Source: Candidatus Latescibacterota bacterium
GTDB taxonomy: Bacteria > Latescibacterota > UBA2968 > GCA-2709665
NCBI GenBank assembly: GCA_965203805.1
Contig: OZ241917.1
Coordinates: 2,752,001 to 2,816,000, forward strand
Reading direction: 5' to 3'
Length of the DNA: 64,000 bases
The notes under the pieces are model-generated. The model saw only the letters and a list, made by a program, of their open reading frames with translations, was not told the DNA's origin and did not search any database. Every line of letters begins with the position of its first letter. Within the stretch, counting starts at the first letter, position 1. Below, piece by piece: positions 39,240 to 49,383 of the stretch. The position numbers were made by a program, and so were the translations under genes.

Positions 39240-40556
39240 TCAGGCTTCGCGGGTTTCGCCGGCGCGTATCAACGCCTGTTTCATCGCGATCGGGCCGATC
39301 ATCTGATTGACCGCGATGACGGCGACGATCACGGTCACGAAGGCGTCGCCCCAGCCGGGAAAGCGCCGGCTGACCTCCAGGGCCAGGCCCAGGCTGACGC
39401 CGGCCTGTGTGAGGTAAGTCAGGCCCGCGAGACGGTTGAAGCGCGGCGGGTCGCCTCCGAGGCGGCCACCGGTGTACGCGCTCATGTAGATGGCGCCGGC
39501 TCTCACGCCCACGAGCAGAATCGCGATGGTCCACGTCTGCAACAGGGCCTCCAGGTTCAGGCCCGCTCCGGCCAGCGTGAAGAACAGCACGTACACGGGA
39601 AGGCTGACGGACTCGATCGCTTCTATGAAGCGGGAACCCTGCCGGGAGACGTTCTGTACGGTGAAGCCCGCGGTAACGCAGATCAGCAGAGGTTCCAGAT
39701 GAATGCTGAGGCCGTAAGCCGCTTTGAGGTACGCGGCGAAGCCGTGCGAGATGCTGGTCACCAGAAGGGCCGTGCCCAGCAGCAGGAGCGGAAGGTTCGC
39801 CCGGACCCGGTCGATATAGTATCCCAGCGCCAGCCCCACGACCAGACCCGCGCCGATACCCAGGAGGACTTCCACGCTCAGGGCGGCGATGAATCCCGGG
39901 TCCAGGGCGGCGGCGGGAGACATCACGACCTCGCAGAAGGAAACCGCGGCGCCGAACAGCACGATCACCAGGACGTCCAGCGCCACGGTGACGCCCAGCG
40001 CGGTTTCCGTGAACGGACCCATCGCCCGCGTCTCGTTGATAATCGCGATGGCGCTGGACGGCGACCGCGCCACGGCCAGAACGCCAAAAAGCATGCCGAC
40101 GGTGAGTACCTGAAAACTGGTGAAGGAGGCTGTGAAAGGAAGCAGCGGTGCGGCAAGGAACACGAAGACGCTGACGATGATGAAGACTACGGTGGTCTGG
40201 GAGAGAATCGAAAGAAAAATGACGCTCATCCGCTCCCTGAGTTCGGCAACCCGCAATTCACCTCCTGCCGCCAGTGCAATAAATGTCACCGCCAGTTCAT
40301 TCAGGAAGCCGAGTTGGCCGAGGGCTTCTCTCGTGAGGAAGCCCAACAGGTACGGCCCCGTGAGCATTCCCACGCAGAGGTATCCCGTGATCCGCGGCAG
40401 CCGCAGTATGGAGAGGAAATGGCCCGCCAGGTAGCCTGAGAGCAGGAGCAGACCCACTACCAGGGTGGTGTATGCGCCCGGCGCGACTCCCGGGGGAGTC
40501 GCGCCGGCCCACGCCATGAGCAGACTCAAGGCGATAAAGACGAGAATCAGCCTCAT
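39240..40556 (-). CDS. Cation:proton antiporter (CPA2-like) subunit
   Basis: LPRITGYL.VGML.GP, IALAAGGEL, ARSPSSAIAII.E, FFTLAGAGL, QAGVSLGLA. Confidence 0.88.
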   Translation of the reverse strand: MRLILVFIALSLLMAWAGATPPGVAPGAYTTLVVGLLLLSGYLAGHFLSILRLPRITGYLCVGMLTGPYLLGFLTREALGQLGFLNELAVTFIALAAGGELRVAELRERMSVIFLSILSQTTVVFIIVSVFVFLAAPLLPFTASFTSFQVLTVGMLFGVLAVARSPSSAIAIINETRAMGPFTETALGVTVALDVLVIVLFGAAVSFCEVVMSPAAALDPGFIAALSVEVLLGIGAGLVVGLALGYYIDRVRANLPLLLLGTALLVTSISHGFAAYLKAAYGLSIHLEPLLICVTAGFTVQNVSRQGSRFIEAIESVSLPVYVLFFTLAGAGLNLEALLQTWTIAILLVGVRAGAIYMSAYTGGRLGGDPPRFNRLAGLTYLTQAGVSLGLALEVSRRFPGWGDAFVTVIVAVIAVNQMIGPIAMKQALIRAGETREA

Positions 40557-41740
40557 GGGACTTTTCCCAGCAGGCGTCGCGTGGAGGCAGGAGCGATGAG
40601 TTCGCTCAGGATGATGCCCGGCAGCACGACGGAAATCACGGCGTCTGTCAACTCGGAGCGGTGGATCTGGTGCAGGTTGACCACGATGGCCACGGCCATT
40701 CCCCCGTGAGAAAGCAGGCCGAGGCCCAATTGGCTCAGCGCGCGTGACCCCGGCAGAAACAGGCGAACGGAGACGAACCCGCCAACGGTCTTGCCGAGTG
40801 TCCGGACGAGGACATAGACGGGCACGAGCGCCAGAATCCAGACCGACTCAATTCGCCATCCGGCGCCCACCAGGATCAGAAAAATGATGTAGATGGAGTG
40901 TTCTCCCCTCAGCAGTACGCTGCGAATACCCGCTCTGGCGCGACCTCTCGCCAGGTTTGCGACAATCGCGCCCGCAATAAGATTGACGAGCAGTGGAGAA
41001 AGGCTGAGATACAGCGCAAGGCCACCGGAAAACGTAATGGCGCCGATCACGACCAGCAGCATCTCGTCATCCCTGAGGCGATAGGTGGTGAGGGCGACGA
41101 CCAGCAGACCGACGGTAACGCCGAGTCCCGCGGAGACGCCGATCCAGAGAAGCGTGGACGCGTCCGCGTGCAGAACGGCCAGGCAGGAAATAAGGCCGAA
41201 GGCGGTGAGACCGACGACGTCGTCGATATTGGACACGTTCGTGAGAAGCCGCATCAGGGGCCGCGCGCGAGACGGGGTGTCTCGTGCGAAAAGCGTCAGA
41301 CCGCTGGAAGCCGTGCCGGATGCCGCGGCGGCCAGTGTGACGGCGGCGATGACCAGGAGGTCCGTTTCGTAAGAAAAAAAACGGCTGAACAGCAGGAAGA
41401 AGGGTACGGCGACAACAAAGATGGTGATCATGCTCTGGACAAGCGCGACGCCGAAGACCCTCGGGGGAATGTGACTCAGTCGTCGAAACTCCCACTGAAC
41501 GCCGAAGAGCATGCCGATCCACGAGAGACCCATGCCCAGGAACGGATAGAGACCGTCGAGGGTCTTCGTGTCGAGCAGATCGAGTACGGCCCCGCCGAGA
41601 AGAAAACCGACCAGGACGAATTCGATTCCGGTGAGAAAGAGATTCCGGACGCCGAGGGGCAGGCGGATATGGACGAAACTGAGGCGGGAGCCAACGAATG
41701 CGATGGCGACGATCAGAATGGCGGCGAAAACCAATTTCAT
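40553..41740 (-). CDS. Cation:proton antiporter (CPA2-like) subunit, divergent paralog
   Basis: About 12 TM segments, TGIEFVLVGFLLG, IDDVVG, LSPLLVNLIAG, HGGMAVAI; overlaps both neighbours. Confidence 0.8.
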   Translation of the reverse strand: MKLVFAAILIVAIAFVGSRLSFVHIRLPLGVRNLFLTGIEFVLVGFLLGGAVLDLLDTKTLDGLYPFLGMGLSWIGMLFGVQWEFRRLSHIPPRVFGVALVQSMITIFVVAVPFFLLFSRFFSYETDLLVIAAVTLAAAASGTASSGLTLFARDTPSRARPLMRLLTNVSNIDDVVGLTAFGLISCLAVLHADASTLLWIGVSAGLGVTVGLLVVALTTYRLRDDEMLLVVIGAITFSGGLALYLSLSPLLVNLIAGAIVANLARGRARAGIRSVLLRGEHSIYIIFLILVGAGWRIESVWILALVPVYVLVRTLGKTVGGFVSVRLFLPGSRALSQLGLGLLSHGGMAVAIVVNLHQIHRSELTDAVISVVLPGIILSELIAPASTRRLLGKVP

Positions 41741-42072
41741 GGAGGCTCTTGACCTTCCGGACCAATGCAGAAATCGACGGGCAACAGAAAGAGTCTCCCG
41801 ACGCCGGGCTGCTTGAAGTCGACGCCTGTTTCTCTGAAAAGCCGAACGAGCGGCTCGAGCAAGGCGCGATCATCGAGGGGCGCCGCGATGGCGCTGGACC
41901 GACCGGGTCCGGCCGGCAGCAGACCCGCGAAAATGGGCACTTCCTCGGCGAGGATTCGCTCCATGGCGGTTCCGTCAAGAACCGTCGCGCCCGTGATTTC
42001 CATTTCCACGAGACCGGAGAGGACCTCGTCGAGGAGGTCCTCGCGATAGAGTGTGATAAAGAGCAGTTGCAT
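41737..42072 (-). CDS. PII-like (GlnB superfamily) protein
   Basis: 111 aa; LDEVLSGL.E..ITGATVLD, PIFAGL, PGVGRLFLLPV...IG. Confidence 0.7.
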   Translation of the reverse strand: MQLLFITLYREDLLDEVLSGLVEMEITGATVLDGTAMERILAEEVPIFAGLLPAGPGRSSAIAAPLDDRALLEPLVRLFRETGVDFKQPGVGRLFLLPVDFCIGPEGQEPP

Positions 42073-42134
42073 GGCAATAGTCGACCCGCCAGGGGGTACA
42101 GCCGGACCTCAAGCGGGATCGGGAGTCCCGGACC

Positions 42135-42593
42135 TTAAAATGGCTCCTGTGCGCGGATGATTTCCATAATCTCTTCGGGCGACGCGGCCACGAGAACCTG
42201 CCTCCGGATCGCCTCGCGGTCGAAAATGCGGGCGGTACGGCTCAGAACGCTCATGTAGGCCGGCATCGACGCTTCGGAAGAAAGAATCAGGAAGATCAGG
42301 TGTACGGGTCGCCCGTCGAGGCTCCGGAAGTCGATGCCGTCCCTGGATATACCCAGACCCACGATGACGCCCTTTATGTCGTCCGACCGGGCGTGCGGTA
42401 TCGCTACGTCCTGGTCCACGCCGCTGGTTTTGATGGCCTCCTGTTCAAGGATCAGGCCAAGCAGGGCGTCGGGATCGGGCAGGTCCACCGATCGGCCGAT
42501 CATTTCGATCAACTCGCGGATGGCGCCGTTCCGATCGGGATTGGTCAGATTGAGTTCGATACGGTCGCTGGCCAATGCGTCGCAGAGTCTCAT
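42135..42593 (-). CDS. PTS EIIA (Ntr/Fru-type) protein
   Basis: EQE..KTSG...VAIPHAR, GIDFRSLDGRPVHLIFLI. Confidence 0.9.
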   Translation of the reverse strand: MRLCDALASDRIELNLTNPDRNGAIRELIEMIGRSVDLPDPDALLGLILEQEAIKTSGVDQDVAIPHARSDDIKGVIVGLGISRDGIDFRSLDGRPVHLIFLILSSEASMPAYMSVLSRTARIFDREAIRRQVLVAASPEEIMEIIRAQEPF

Positions 42594-42609
42594 GGCGCTG
42601 ATTTCCGGT

Positions 42610-43845
42610 TTACTGGAGCTCCAGGGTGGTTGTGCGACGATGCGGATCGAAGGCGACGAAGGTGGCGCCGTTTTCCTCGTAGAAGGTCTGACTTGCGAAG
42701 GCGGTCCTGGTCTGTGCACGGGCGAGCGGCGCACCGTCCACCGCTACGGACCTGATCCCCGTCTCCCTGACGCACAACGTCAATTCCGGCACGCGGACGG
42801 GCAGGTCGAGCGTGACGGTGTTGCCTTCGAACGTGAGTTCGGCCATCTCCCGCATGATGGCGTAGGTTGTAATTTCGCTGCATTTGCGCCACCGGGTGCG
42901 TTCGCCGGCAGGGTCCCGCTCCTTCAGCCGGCGGACAACGGTCTTGAAGGCATTGAAGCCGCGGCGGTCGGCGTCGTGGAGTCCGTAAAAGCCCTGCCAG
43001 TGGCTGATGAGAACGGCCGGGTCGCCCGCATCGATAAGGGCCGGCAATCGTCCGCCCTGAAGGTCGGCGGTAATGTATCGGTCGGGGTTGACTTCTCCGT
43101 ATCCCGTCCAGGACCCGGTCCAGTCTCCCGTGCCGGCGATGATCTCGCCCATGGCCGTGCCCGCGTCGCGGTCGGGATACCACACGGGCGTCGCCACGGC
43201 GCCTTCCGACACGCGTTTGAACAGATAGGGCGTGGGATTGCCGGTGACGCGGCGGCACGCGGCTTCGGCGCATCTGGCGTAGAACTCGAGCGGATTGCCG
43301 AATCCGCCGGGCGACGTGACGCCGTCAGGCGTCAAGCCGACGTTGTGGAGAATCTCGCACGCAAGCGCGATGTAGTCCGTTACCAGTTCTTCCTTGTCGG
43401 TTGGCAGCCGGTCCCATCCCCACTGCTCCCAGAGGTTGGGGTCCACCGGCTTCAACGTCTCCAGGTCCACAACGAACGTGTGTGTCATCATCTCCGGGGT
43501 GATATCGTAATTGGGTACGATGAGCTCCCTGCACATATCCAGCCAGCTCTCCTGCTGTGCTCTGCTGAAAAGAGGCAGCCCATGGTCGATCCGCCCCAGC
43601 GCCGCCGGACAGGGTACGACGCTGAACTTCCCTTTGACGCCTTCTTCGAGGCAGTACTCCGCGAATTCCCGGGTGAAGGACTCCGGGTGAACGACCGGTA
43701 CGTCTTCCCAGCGGCGGCGCTGGCCGTCGATTGGGTTTCTGTCGCGCATGAAGAAGTAGTTGAGGTTCACCAGCAGGGTGGAGTCGTCGAAGATGATGGA
43801 GAGGGGCGCGCGGTCCAGCGCATGGCGGGTGATTTCGACGCGCAT
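42610..43845 (-). CDS. Hypothetical protein, possible polysaccharide-deacetylase-like barrel
   Basis: SIIFDDS, KGKFSVVP, PEMMTH, GVTSPGGFG, SHWQG; 411-aa intact ORF. Confidence 0.6.
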   Translation of the reverse strand: MRVEITRHALDRAPLSIIFDDSTLLVNLNYFFMRDRNPIDGQRRRWEDVPVVHPESFTREFAEYCLEEGVKGKFSVVPCPAALGRIDHGLPLFSRAQQESWLDMCRELIVPNYDITPEMMTHTFVVDLETLKPVDPNLWEQWGWDRLPTDKEELVTDYIALACEILHNVGLTPDGVTSPGGFGNPLEFYARCAEAACRRVTGNPTPYLFKRVSEGAVATPVWYPDRDAGTAMGEIIAGTGDWTGSWTGYGEVNPDRYITADLQGGRLPALIDAGDPAVLISHWQGFYGLHDADRRGFNAFKTVVRRLKERDPAGERTRWRKCSEITTYAIMREMAELTFEGNTVTLDLPVRVPELTLCVRETGIRSVAVDGAPLARAQTRTAFASQTFYEENGATFVAFDPHRRTTTLELQ

Positions 43846-43915
43846 CAGGGCCTCCGTCGGGGTTCCGGGTCGGCGAGATACGCCGTTCTCGGGCTATCGT
43901 GACCCGATTGAAATT

Positions 43916-45031
43916 TCAGTTCCGCAGCGCGGCTTCGAGGACCTGTTTGAGGCGGCGGGCGACGAGGACGTCCTCGCCGGATTCCATCATGTAAGGCATG
44001 ACTTCCACGCCGCTCCCGGTGTGGAAGAGTTCGATGCGCGGGTCGCCGTCCGAGAGTTGCCGCCTGGCCTCTTCCGGCAGGATTCGGACGGCTTCCGGAT
44101 TCCAGTTGACGGCAAGCACCGGGGCGACGTTGGACCGGCCGGGCTGATGGACTTCCGTCGTCAGGGTCGGGATATGCGCGACCTCATTCGCGATGGTTTC
44201 AAGGCGGCGCTCCCATTCCCGCCACTCCGCGACATGGTCTCGCCTGACCCATTGTTCCACCGCGGCGAGGAGTCCCATCACTTCCTCCTTGCCCGCTTTC
44301 ATCGGACGGGCGAGCGAATGGTGCGGGGCGCCGTTCATAAAGGCGGCGTGGAGGATGTCTTTTCGTCCCAGAACCAGACCGGACGCCTGGGGACCGCGAA
44401 GGCACTTCCCGCCGCTGTACGCGACCACGTCAACACCTTCCGACAGATAGGGGTTGGGCACGTCCGGACGTTCCGCGGCCGCGTCGACGAACGTCGGCAC
44501 GTCGTGCCTCCGCGCAATGGAGACCATCTCGGGCACGGAAATGGAGCCCCGGTCTGCCGCGTCGCCGAAAATGGCGATCATGGCGGTGGATTCGTCGATG
44601 GCCGCGTCCATCTGGCGAGGGGTTTCGACCTCTACGATGTGTACGCCGACCATCCGAATCGCGTGGTCATAGATATGACGGTGGGAGGGCTGCGTGATGA
44701 CCCGGTTTTTCATGCCGGAGGTATCGGGCAGGCGTTTCATGCGGTCAGGATCCATGCCCGCCACGCAGGCGGCGGTGACCTGGCACAGCGCGGCGGCGCA
44801 GCCGCTGGTAACCATGCCCCATTCGCATGACATCAATTCAGCGATCCGGGCGCCCACCTTTTCCATCAGTTCGTCCAGATGCACGTACGCTTTAGAGGCG
44901 TCCTGTACGGCCTGGCGGACTTCCGGCAGCATCAGGGAACCCGAGATGATGGTGTAGGTTCCCATACAATTGATCAGGGGACGAACCCCGAGCGACTCGT
45001 ACGAGACGCAGGGTTGAGGCGGCGTGGACAT
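43916..45031 (-). CDS. SelA-like / DgaE-like PLP-dependent enzyme
   Basis: LGVRPLINC.GT.T..SGS, VTSGCAAAL, VDAAAE, YSGGKCLRGPQASG, RPMKAGKEE. Confidence 0.85.
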   Translation of the reverse strand: MSTPPQPCVSYESLGVRPLINCMGTYTIISGSLMLPEVRQAVQDASKAYVHLDELMEKVGARIAELMSCEWGMVTSGCAAALCQVTAACVAGMDPDRMKRLPDTSGMKNRVITQPSHRHIYDHAIRMVGVHIVEVETPRQMDAAIDESTAMIAIFGDAADRGSISVPEMVSIARRHDVPTFVDAAAERPDVPNPYLSEGVDVVAYSGGKCLRGPQASGLVLGRKDILHAAFMNGAPHHSLARPMKAGKEEVMGLLAAVEQWVRRDHVAEWREWERRLETIANEVAHIPTLTTEVHQPGRSNVAPVLAVNWNPEAVRILPEEARRQLSDGDPRIELFHTGSGVEVMPYMMESGEDVLVARRLKQVLEAALRN

Positions 45032-45344
45032 GGACGGAATCCCGCTGGAGAAAGATGAGGAAATCGAGGCTTGTTCGTTCCGGCTGGCGCGACCCCGGTC
45101 CCGTGGCGCCGCTACCATCACGTATCGGTTTACGCTGGCGAGAGTAGACAGGTCCGATGCCAACGGACGCCGGCAAGGATCGAAACGGTCGTTTTGGGCG
45201 CCGGTATCAAGAGTCTACAACATACCCGTTGGGATTGCAAGCCTGATATTTCCCTCGGTTTTCGGGGCCGCCGGGATGCCCTGACGATGGAACACCGCGA
45301 ATGGGTAGACGATGCCGGCGCCGAACGTTCGCGACCCGGTCGAA

Positions 45345-48300
45345 CTATTCCAGACGCAAAGTGGATCCGCCCGGCAGGAGGGTCCGGGGGTTGATGGTAA
45401 AGGACAGCATACCGGCTGTTTTCTTCGTCTCCAGAGGGGTCCGTGTGTCGTCTTCGTGTTCGATGAAGGCGCGGCGGTGCGGTGTCCGGAGGGAGAACCG
45501 GGCCGGGGTTGTGGTTTGTACGAGGAAGGCGTCAGACGAAATCTGTTCGATCCGGAAGCGCGAGGGGATTTGCCAGGCCGCGCCCGCATTGAAGGGAAAC
45601 TCGTCCACATCGATCCGGCTGGTGGCCGCGGAACGGATCCGATAACCCGTCCAGCAGCCCTGACCGGGATCCCGAACCCGGATGAAATGGTCCGTGAGGG
45701 CATCGGGATACGGTAGCGTTTCGCCGATCCTGAACCCGGCTTCGTCGCAATCCGAGATTTTCCCCTCGATCGAAGCTGCATCCAGGACAACGGCCAGGTC
45801 GGGGGAAGCAAAACGGGTAGCTTCCGCCAGAAAGAGCGACAGACCGGTCTCGTCGCACCGGGTGTAAACGGCGGCGCGGCCGGCAAAGGCGACGTTTCCA
45901 TAGGTGCGTTCGGTCTGATCCGTTGTCTGGATGACCGTGTCGACTCCTTTCCGGCGGCAGACGCGAATCGCCACCGGTCCGCCGGCGTCGTCGGTAAGAC
46001 TGAGAGGTTGAACCTCGCGGATATCGGGGTCGCTCCGGAAGTGGTCGATGACGGAGACAAACGTATTTCCGTTCCCGGATTCGGCTTTGCGAGCGAAGAG
46101 ATAGTCGTTCCGGGCGCCGATTTCCGAATGGTCCCGCTGGCCGGGGCCTTCGCCCACGATGACTTCGTCCACGGGCGACACCATCCGCGCGCGCATGGTC
46201 ATGCCGCTGTCGGTCCAGGACGCGGTCCACGGGCCTGCGGGTCTGCCGACGCGGAGTTTCTCGATGTCTCTTCCGATGATTCCGGGACGGTCCGCCAGCG
46301 GAATCGGACGATGATCCGCCGGCGGCGCGCTGATGCGGCCCTCTCCGTGGATGGCGTAGTCGTGGACCGCGCCGCCCTTGACTCGAAACACGTCGACGAG
46401 ATAGGCAGGTCCGGTCCCCCTGTGGACCATGGCGCAGAAGCGGCGGTACGTTTCGGCCTGTTCGTAGGCGCCGCAGTCGGCTTCGATCACCTTCGTCGCC
46501 GGCGATGCGGCCAGGAGCTGGAGATTGCCGGGAGGCCGCCGGCCCCGTAAAAGCTGCTCCTGCTCGTCGACGACCACCAGGTTGTGTTTGAGCGTGCTTC
46601 GGATACTTGCGTTCAGAGGATGGTCTCCAATGTATCCGAGATCGGAAAGGACTTCCACCCCCTCCACGTTCATGGCAATGTTGAGGGCGTCCGGGTGGTC
46701 GTGGCCTTCCGGCTGGTAGAAGCTCATCAGCAGGGTGGCCGTTCCGGTGAGGTCGGGCTGGAACATGCCGTCGTAGCCGGTGTTGAAAATCGCCAGAAGC
46801 CAGCCCGGGAAGAACCGGTCGCGTACCGGCGGCGGAGGGGCGGGCCGGAGTTCCGCGGGCCGGTTGAAGAGGGCGTACGCGTCCCCCGTGTCCATGCGCA
46901 CGAATGGCGCGAAATCGTCGCCCAGACGCACGAGACCCACGTTGTGAATCCACGCCGGATACGGCCAGTCTGTCGGCCCTTCCCGGGCGTCGGCCGTGTG
47001 CGGCAGGCGTCCGTCGGGCAAGGTCATCAATGTCCGTGCCCGGAGTACGGTGTGGTAGGGGCCGCCGGCAGCATAGAGATTGAGGTCGTCATAACGGTCC
47101 TTTCCTTTGTAGGACGGCGGATCCGAATACCCGTGGGCCGCCTCGGGCAGGTTTCGCACGTTGGCCACGGCGTAGAGATAATAGCTGGAGCCCTCGGCCG
47201 TGCTGCCGTCGAATTTGAAGAACCCGTTCAGATATGGCCCAAAGCCCTCAACGCCCCGATGCACGTAGTCCGGAACGCCCAGGAAACGCCCGAGAACGAC
47301 TTCGCCTTCGCGGCAACCCGCGACCTTGTTGTTGATGCCCTCCCAGTGCGTAAAGGTGAAGAGGCCCTCCACGAGCAGATCTTTGACGATGCGCTCGCGC
47401 TCCTGTTCCGTGAGGAAGAGGGCTCCCCGGCCATCCCTTTCGTCCCAGAGCAGGTCCAGGGCTTCGGCCAGCATCGAGATGTAATGGGCTTCGGACTGCA
47501 CGCCGCCGCCGGACAGGCGCCCGCAACCCCAGAACGTCTGAATGAGGCTGCCGCTCTTCATTGGCGAACGCGCGTTCTGGTCGGGACACGGGTTGACTTC
47601 GTACCGGGCGATATCCCTGTCCTGCGCCATGAGCTCGCATGCGTACAGGGGATCGCAGTCCATGTAGGTGTTCCAGTAGTCGCGGAACAGGTAGGTGGGG
47701 TACACGGCGGCAAAGCGTTTCAGGATGGCTGCCGACGCGCGGGCAAAGCGGTCCTCGCCTTCCATCCGATAAAGGATGGCCAGGTTGCGCGCCACCGCCG
47801 GCATGCGGTGGACCTTCTGCTGCCGGACGGCGCCGCTGTACGATGAGTGGATCCGGCGCCCCGCCCAGGTGAAGGCGTTCCGGCCGGACGTGAACTCCGG
47901 GTCGTCTTTCTCTTCAGGCCGGACGTAATACGTGAGGGTCTGGCCGGAGCGCGGCAGGTCGAGGCGCCCCTCTTCCGGAAACGCCTCGTCGGTCATGGTG
48001 GCGCCGCAATGGAAACAGACCAGTCTGTCCGGTTCGCGATCGTTCCATCGCATGTTGTAGGTGTTGTCCGCGCCGCAGACGGGGCAGAAGGTCCCGTAGA
48101 TTTGCGCGGGGCTTCGTTCCGGGACCATACCGGCAATCCACGCATCGGATCGGTCTGCATAGTGATCCCCCAGTTCGAGCATGCCTTCGTAGTGCGTCTT
48201 CGCCCAGTCGTGGCGGCGGATATTGGCGCGGGCAATACTGACGTTGTCGTCCCTTACGCTGAGGCAGGGGTGGTCGACGTCTCCGGCGCTTCGACTGTAC

Positions 48301-48410
48301 ATTGCCTTCCGTTCTTCAAGTCGACGTCTGCATTCTCTCTCTTCAGGACTGTTCCAGGCGGGCATGCGGTCTCCTTCCTCAAGAGAACGACCGTACTCGA
48401 ACCACGACAC
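45345..48410 (-). CDS. Heparinase II/III-like protein
   Basis: EGSSYY, GHDHPDALN, DLGY, TLKHNLVVVD, YLVDVFRVKGG..HDY..HG; N-terminal CPVC...CFHC. Confidence 0.8.
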   Translation of the reverse strand: MSWFEYGRSLEEGDRMPAWNSPEERECRRRLEERKAMYSRSAGDVDHPCLSVRDDNVSIARANIRRHDWAKTHYEGMLELGDHYADRSDAWIAGMVPERSPAQIYGTFCPVCGADNTYNMRWNDREPDRLVCFHCGATMTDEAFPEEGRLDLPRSGQTLTYYVRPEEKDDPEFTSGRNAFTWAGRRIHSSYSGAVRQQKVHRMPAVARNLAILYRMEGEDRFARASAAILKRFAAVYPTYLFRDYWNTYMDCDPLYACELMAQDRDIARYEVNPCPDQNARSPMKSGSLIQTFWGCGRLSGGGVQSEAHYISMLAEALDLLWDERDGRGALFLTEQERERIVKDLLVEGLFTFTHWEGINNKVAGCREGEVVLGRFLGVPDYVHRGVEGFGPYLNGFFKFDGSTAEGSSYYLYAVANVRNLPEAAHGYSDPPSYKGKDRYDDLNLYAAGGPYHTVLRARTLMTLPDGRLPHTADAREGPTDWPYPAWIHNVGLVRLGDDFAPFVRMDTGDAYALFNRPAELRPAPPPPVRDRFFPGWLLAIFNTGYDGMFQPDLTGTATLLMSFYQPEGHDHPDALNIAMNVEGVEVLSDLGYIGDHPLNASIRSTLKHNLVVVDEQEQLLRGRRPPGNLQLLAASPATKVIEADCGAYEQAETYRRFCAMVHRGTGPAYLVDVFRVKGGAVHDYAIHGEGRISAPPADHRPIPLADRPGIIGRDIEKLRVGRPAGPWTASWTDSGMTMRARMVSPVDEVIVGEGPGQRDHSEIGARNDYLFARKAESGNGNTFVSVIDHFRSDPDIREVQPLSLTDDAGGPVAIRVCRRKGVDTVIQTTDQTERTYGNVAFAGRAAVYTRCDETGLSLFLAEATRFASPDLAVVLDAASIEGKISDCDEAGFRIGETLPYPDALTDHFIRVRDPGQGCWTGYRIRSAATSRIDVDEFPFNAGAAWQIPSRFRIEQISSDAFLVQTTTPARFSLRTPHRRAFIEHEDDTRTPLETKKTAGMLSFTINPRTLLPGGSTLRLE

Positions 48411-48712
48411 GATCGAAACGGTTCGCCGGTCCGTCCGGAAACGCCTGACGAAACACCGTCGAAGCGCCGGCGGAGGTCGAAAAAACCAAGATGGAAAAGG
48501 ACTTCGCGCCTGTCAAGAGGAAAGGAGGATTCGTACGATTTCGGTATTTTTAACGGCGTCCGGCCGGCGACTCCATGCCAGCATCCAAAAATGACTTGTC
48601 ATATCATATTAAATATCAATAACTTGAGTAAATCGTTTCGCGCGTGACCCTCGACGGAACGAGTGTCCCCGCACGCCGGAAAAACTTGTACGGAAAAACC
48701 ATTTAAAAAGGG

Positions 48713-48741
48713 TTGACAATTGAACAAAAAAGAATTATTAT
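48713..48741 (+). promoter_or_regulatory. Sigma70-type promoter of the cold-shock gene
   Basis: TTGACA (48713-48718), 17-nt spacer, TATTAT (48736-48741), AT-rich UP-like tract upstream. Confidence 0.8.
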
Positions 48742-48883
48742 GCATCAATTGGCAACATGAAGTAGAAGGATGAAGTTTCTGTCTCCTTTGCAGTCCTGAA
48801 GTGTGTCTGGCAAGGATCAGAAGTTCCGGTCCTTGCCGTTTTTGGTTTCATCGGTTTCTAACGCTGAAAGGTGGTGAAGCACA

Positions 48884-49093
48884 GTGCCAGAAGGTCGCGT
48901 AAAGTGGTTCAATGACGCCAAGGGTTACGGCTTTATCGAAAGGGATGAAGGCGAAGACGTCTTCGTGCATTTTTCGGCTATCCAGGGCGAGGGATTCAAG
49001 TCGTTGACGGAAGGCGAAGTCGTTTCCTTTGAAGTCGTGCAGGGGCCCAAGGGGTACCAGGCCGCGGACGTTGTGAAACTGGGGCAGGTATAA
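48884..49093 (+). CDS. cspA: Cold-shock protein (CspA family)
   Basis: [15 protein letters not shown] (RNP1), DVFVHFSAI (RNP2). Confidence 0.95.
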   Translation: MPEGRVKWFNDAKGYGFIERDEGEDVFVHFSAIQGEGFKSLTEGEVVSFEVVQGPKGYQAADVVKLGQV

Positions 49094-49144
49094 CCGGTAG
49101 GCGCGGTCCGTTTTTTTCATCTGAGTCCTCAATCGATCCATTCG

Positions 49145-49179
49145 AAGGGCGCCGATTCCTGAATCGGCGCCCTTTTTTT
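49145..49179 (+). terminator. Rho-independent terminator after csp
   Basis: AAGGGCGCCGATTC / GAATCGGCGCCCTT hairpin ending in a T7 run. Confidence 0.9.
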
Positions 49180-49383
49180 GCGTACATAGGGCAGCCGGAA
49201 GGCTTTTTGGATTCCGGGACAGGACACGAGAGAGAGCTTGATATTATGCGCAACAATCCTTTAATTTTACAGCGGGTTCCGGGTGTCAGCGGCCACCACG
49301 GTCGACGCCGGAACGGGTTCGGAGTCGGCGGCGCCGGCACTCGATGGCAATTTCCAGCTCGTATGTGAAGAGATTCCTGCGTT

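Noticed and set aside
43916-45031. True selA partnering the Sec-containing selD
   Set aside because: It is short (about 371 aa), lacks the SelA N-terminal domain, and its motifs fit the DgaE/SelA-like family; no selB or selC is nearby.
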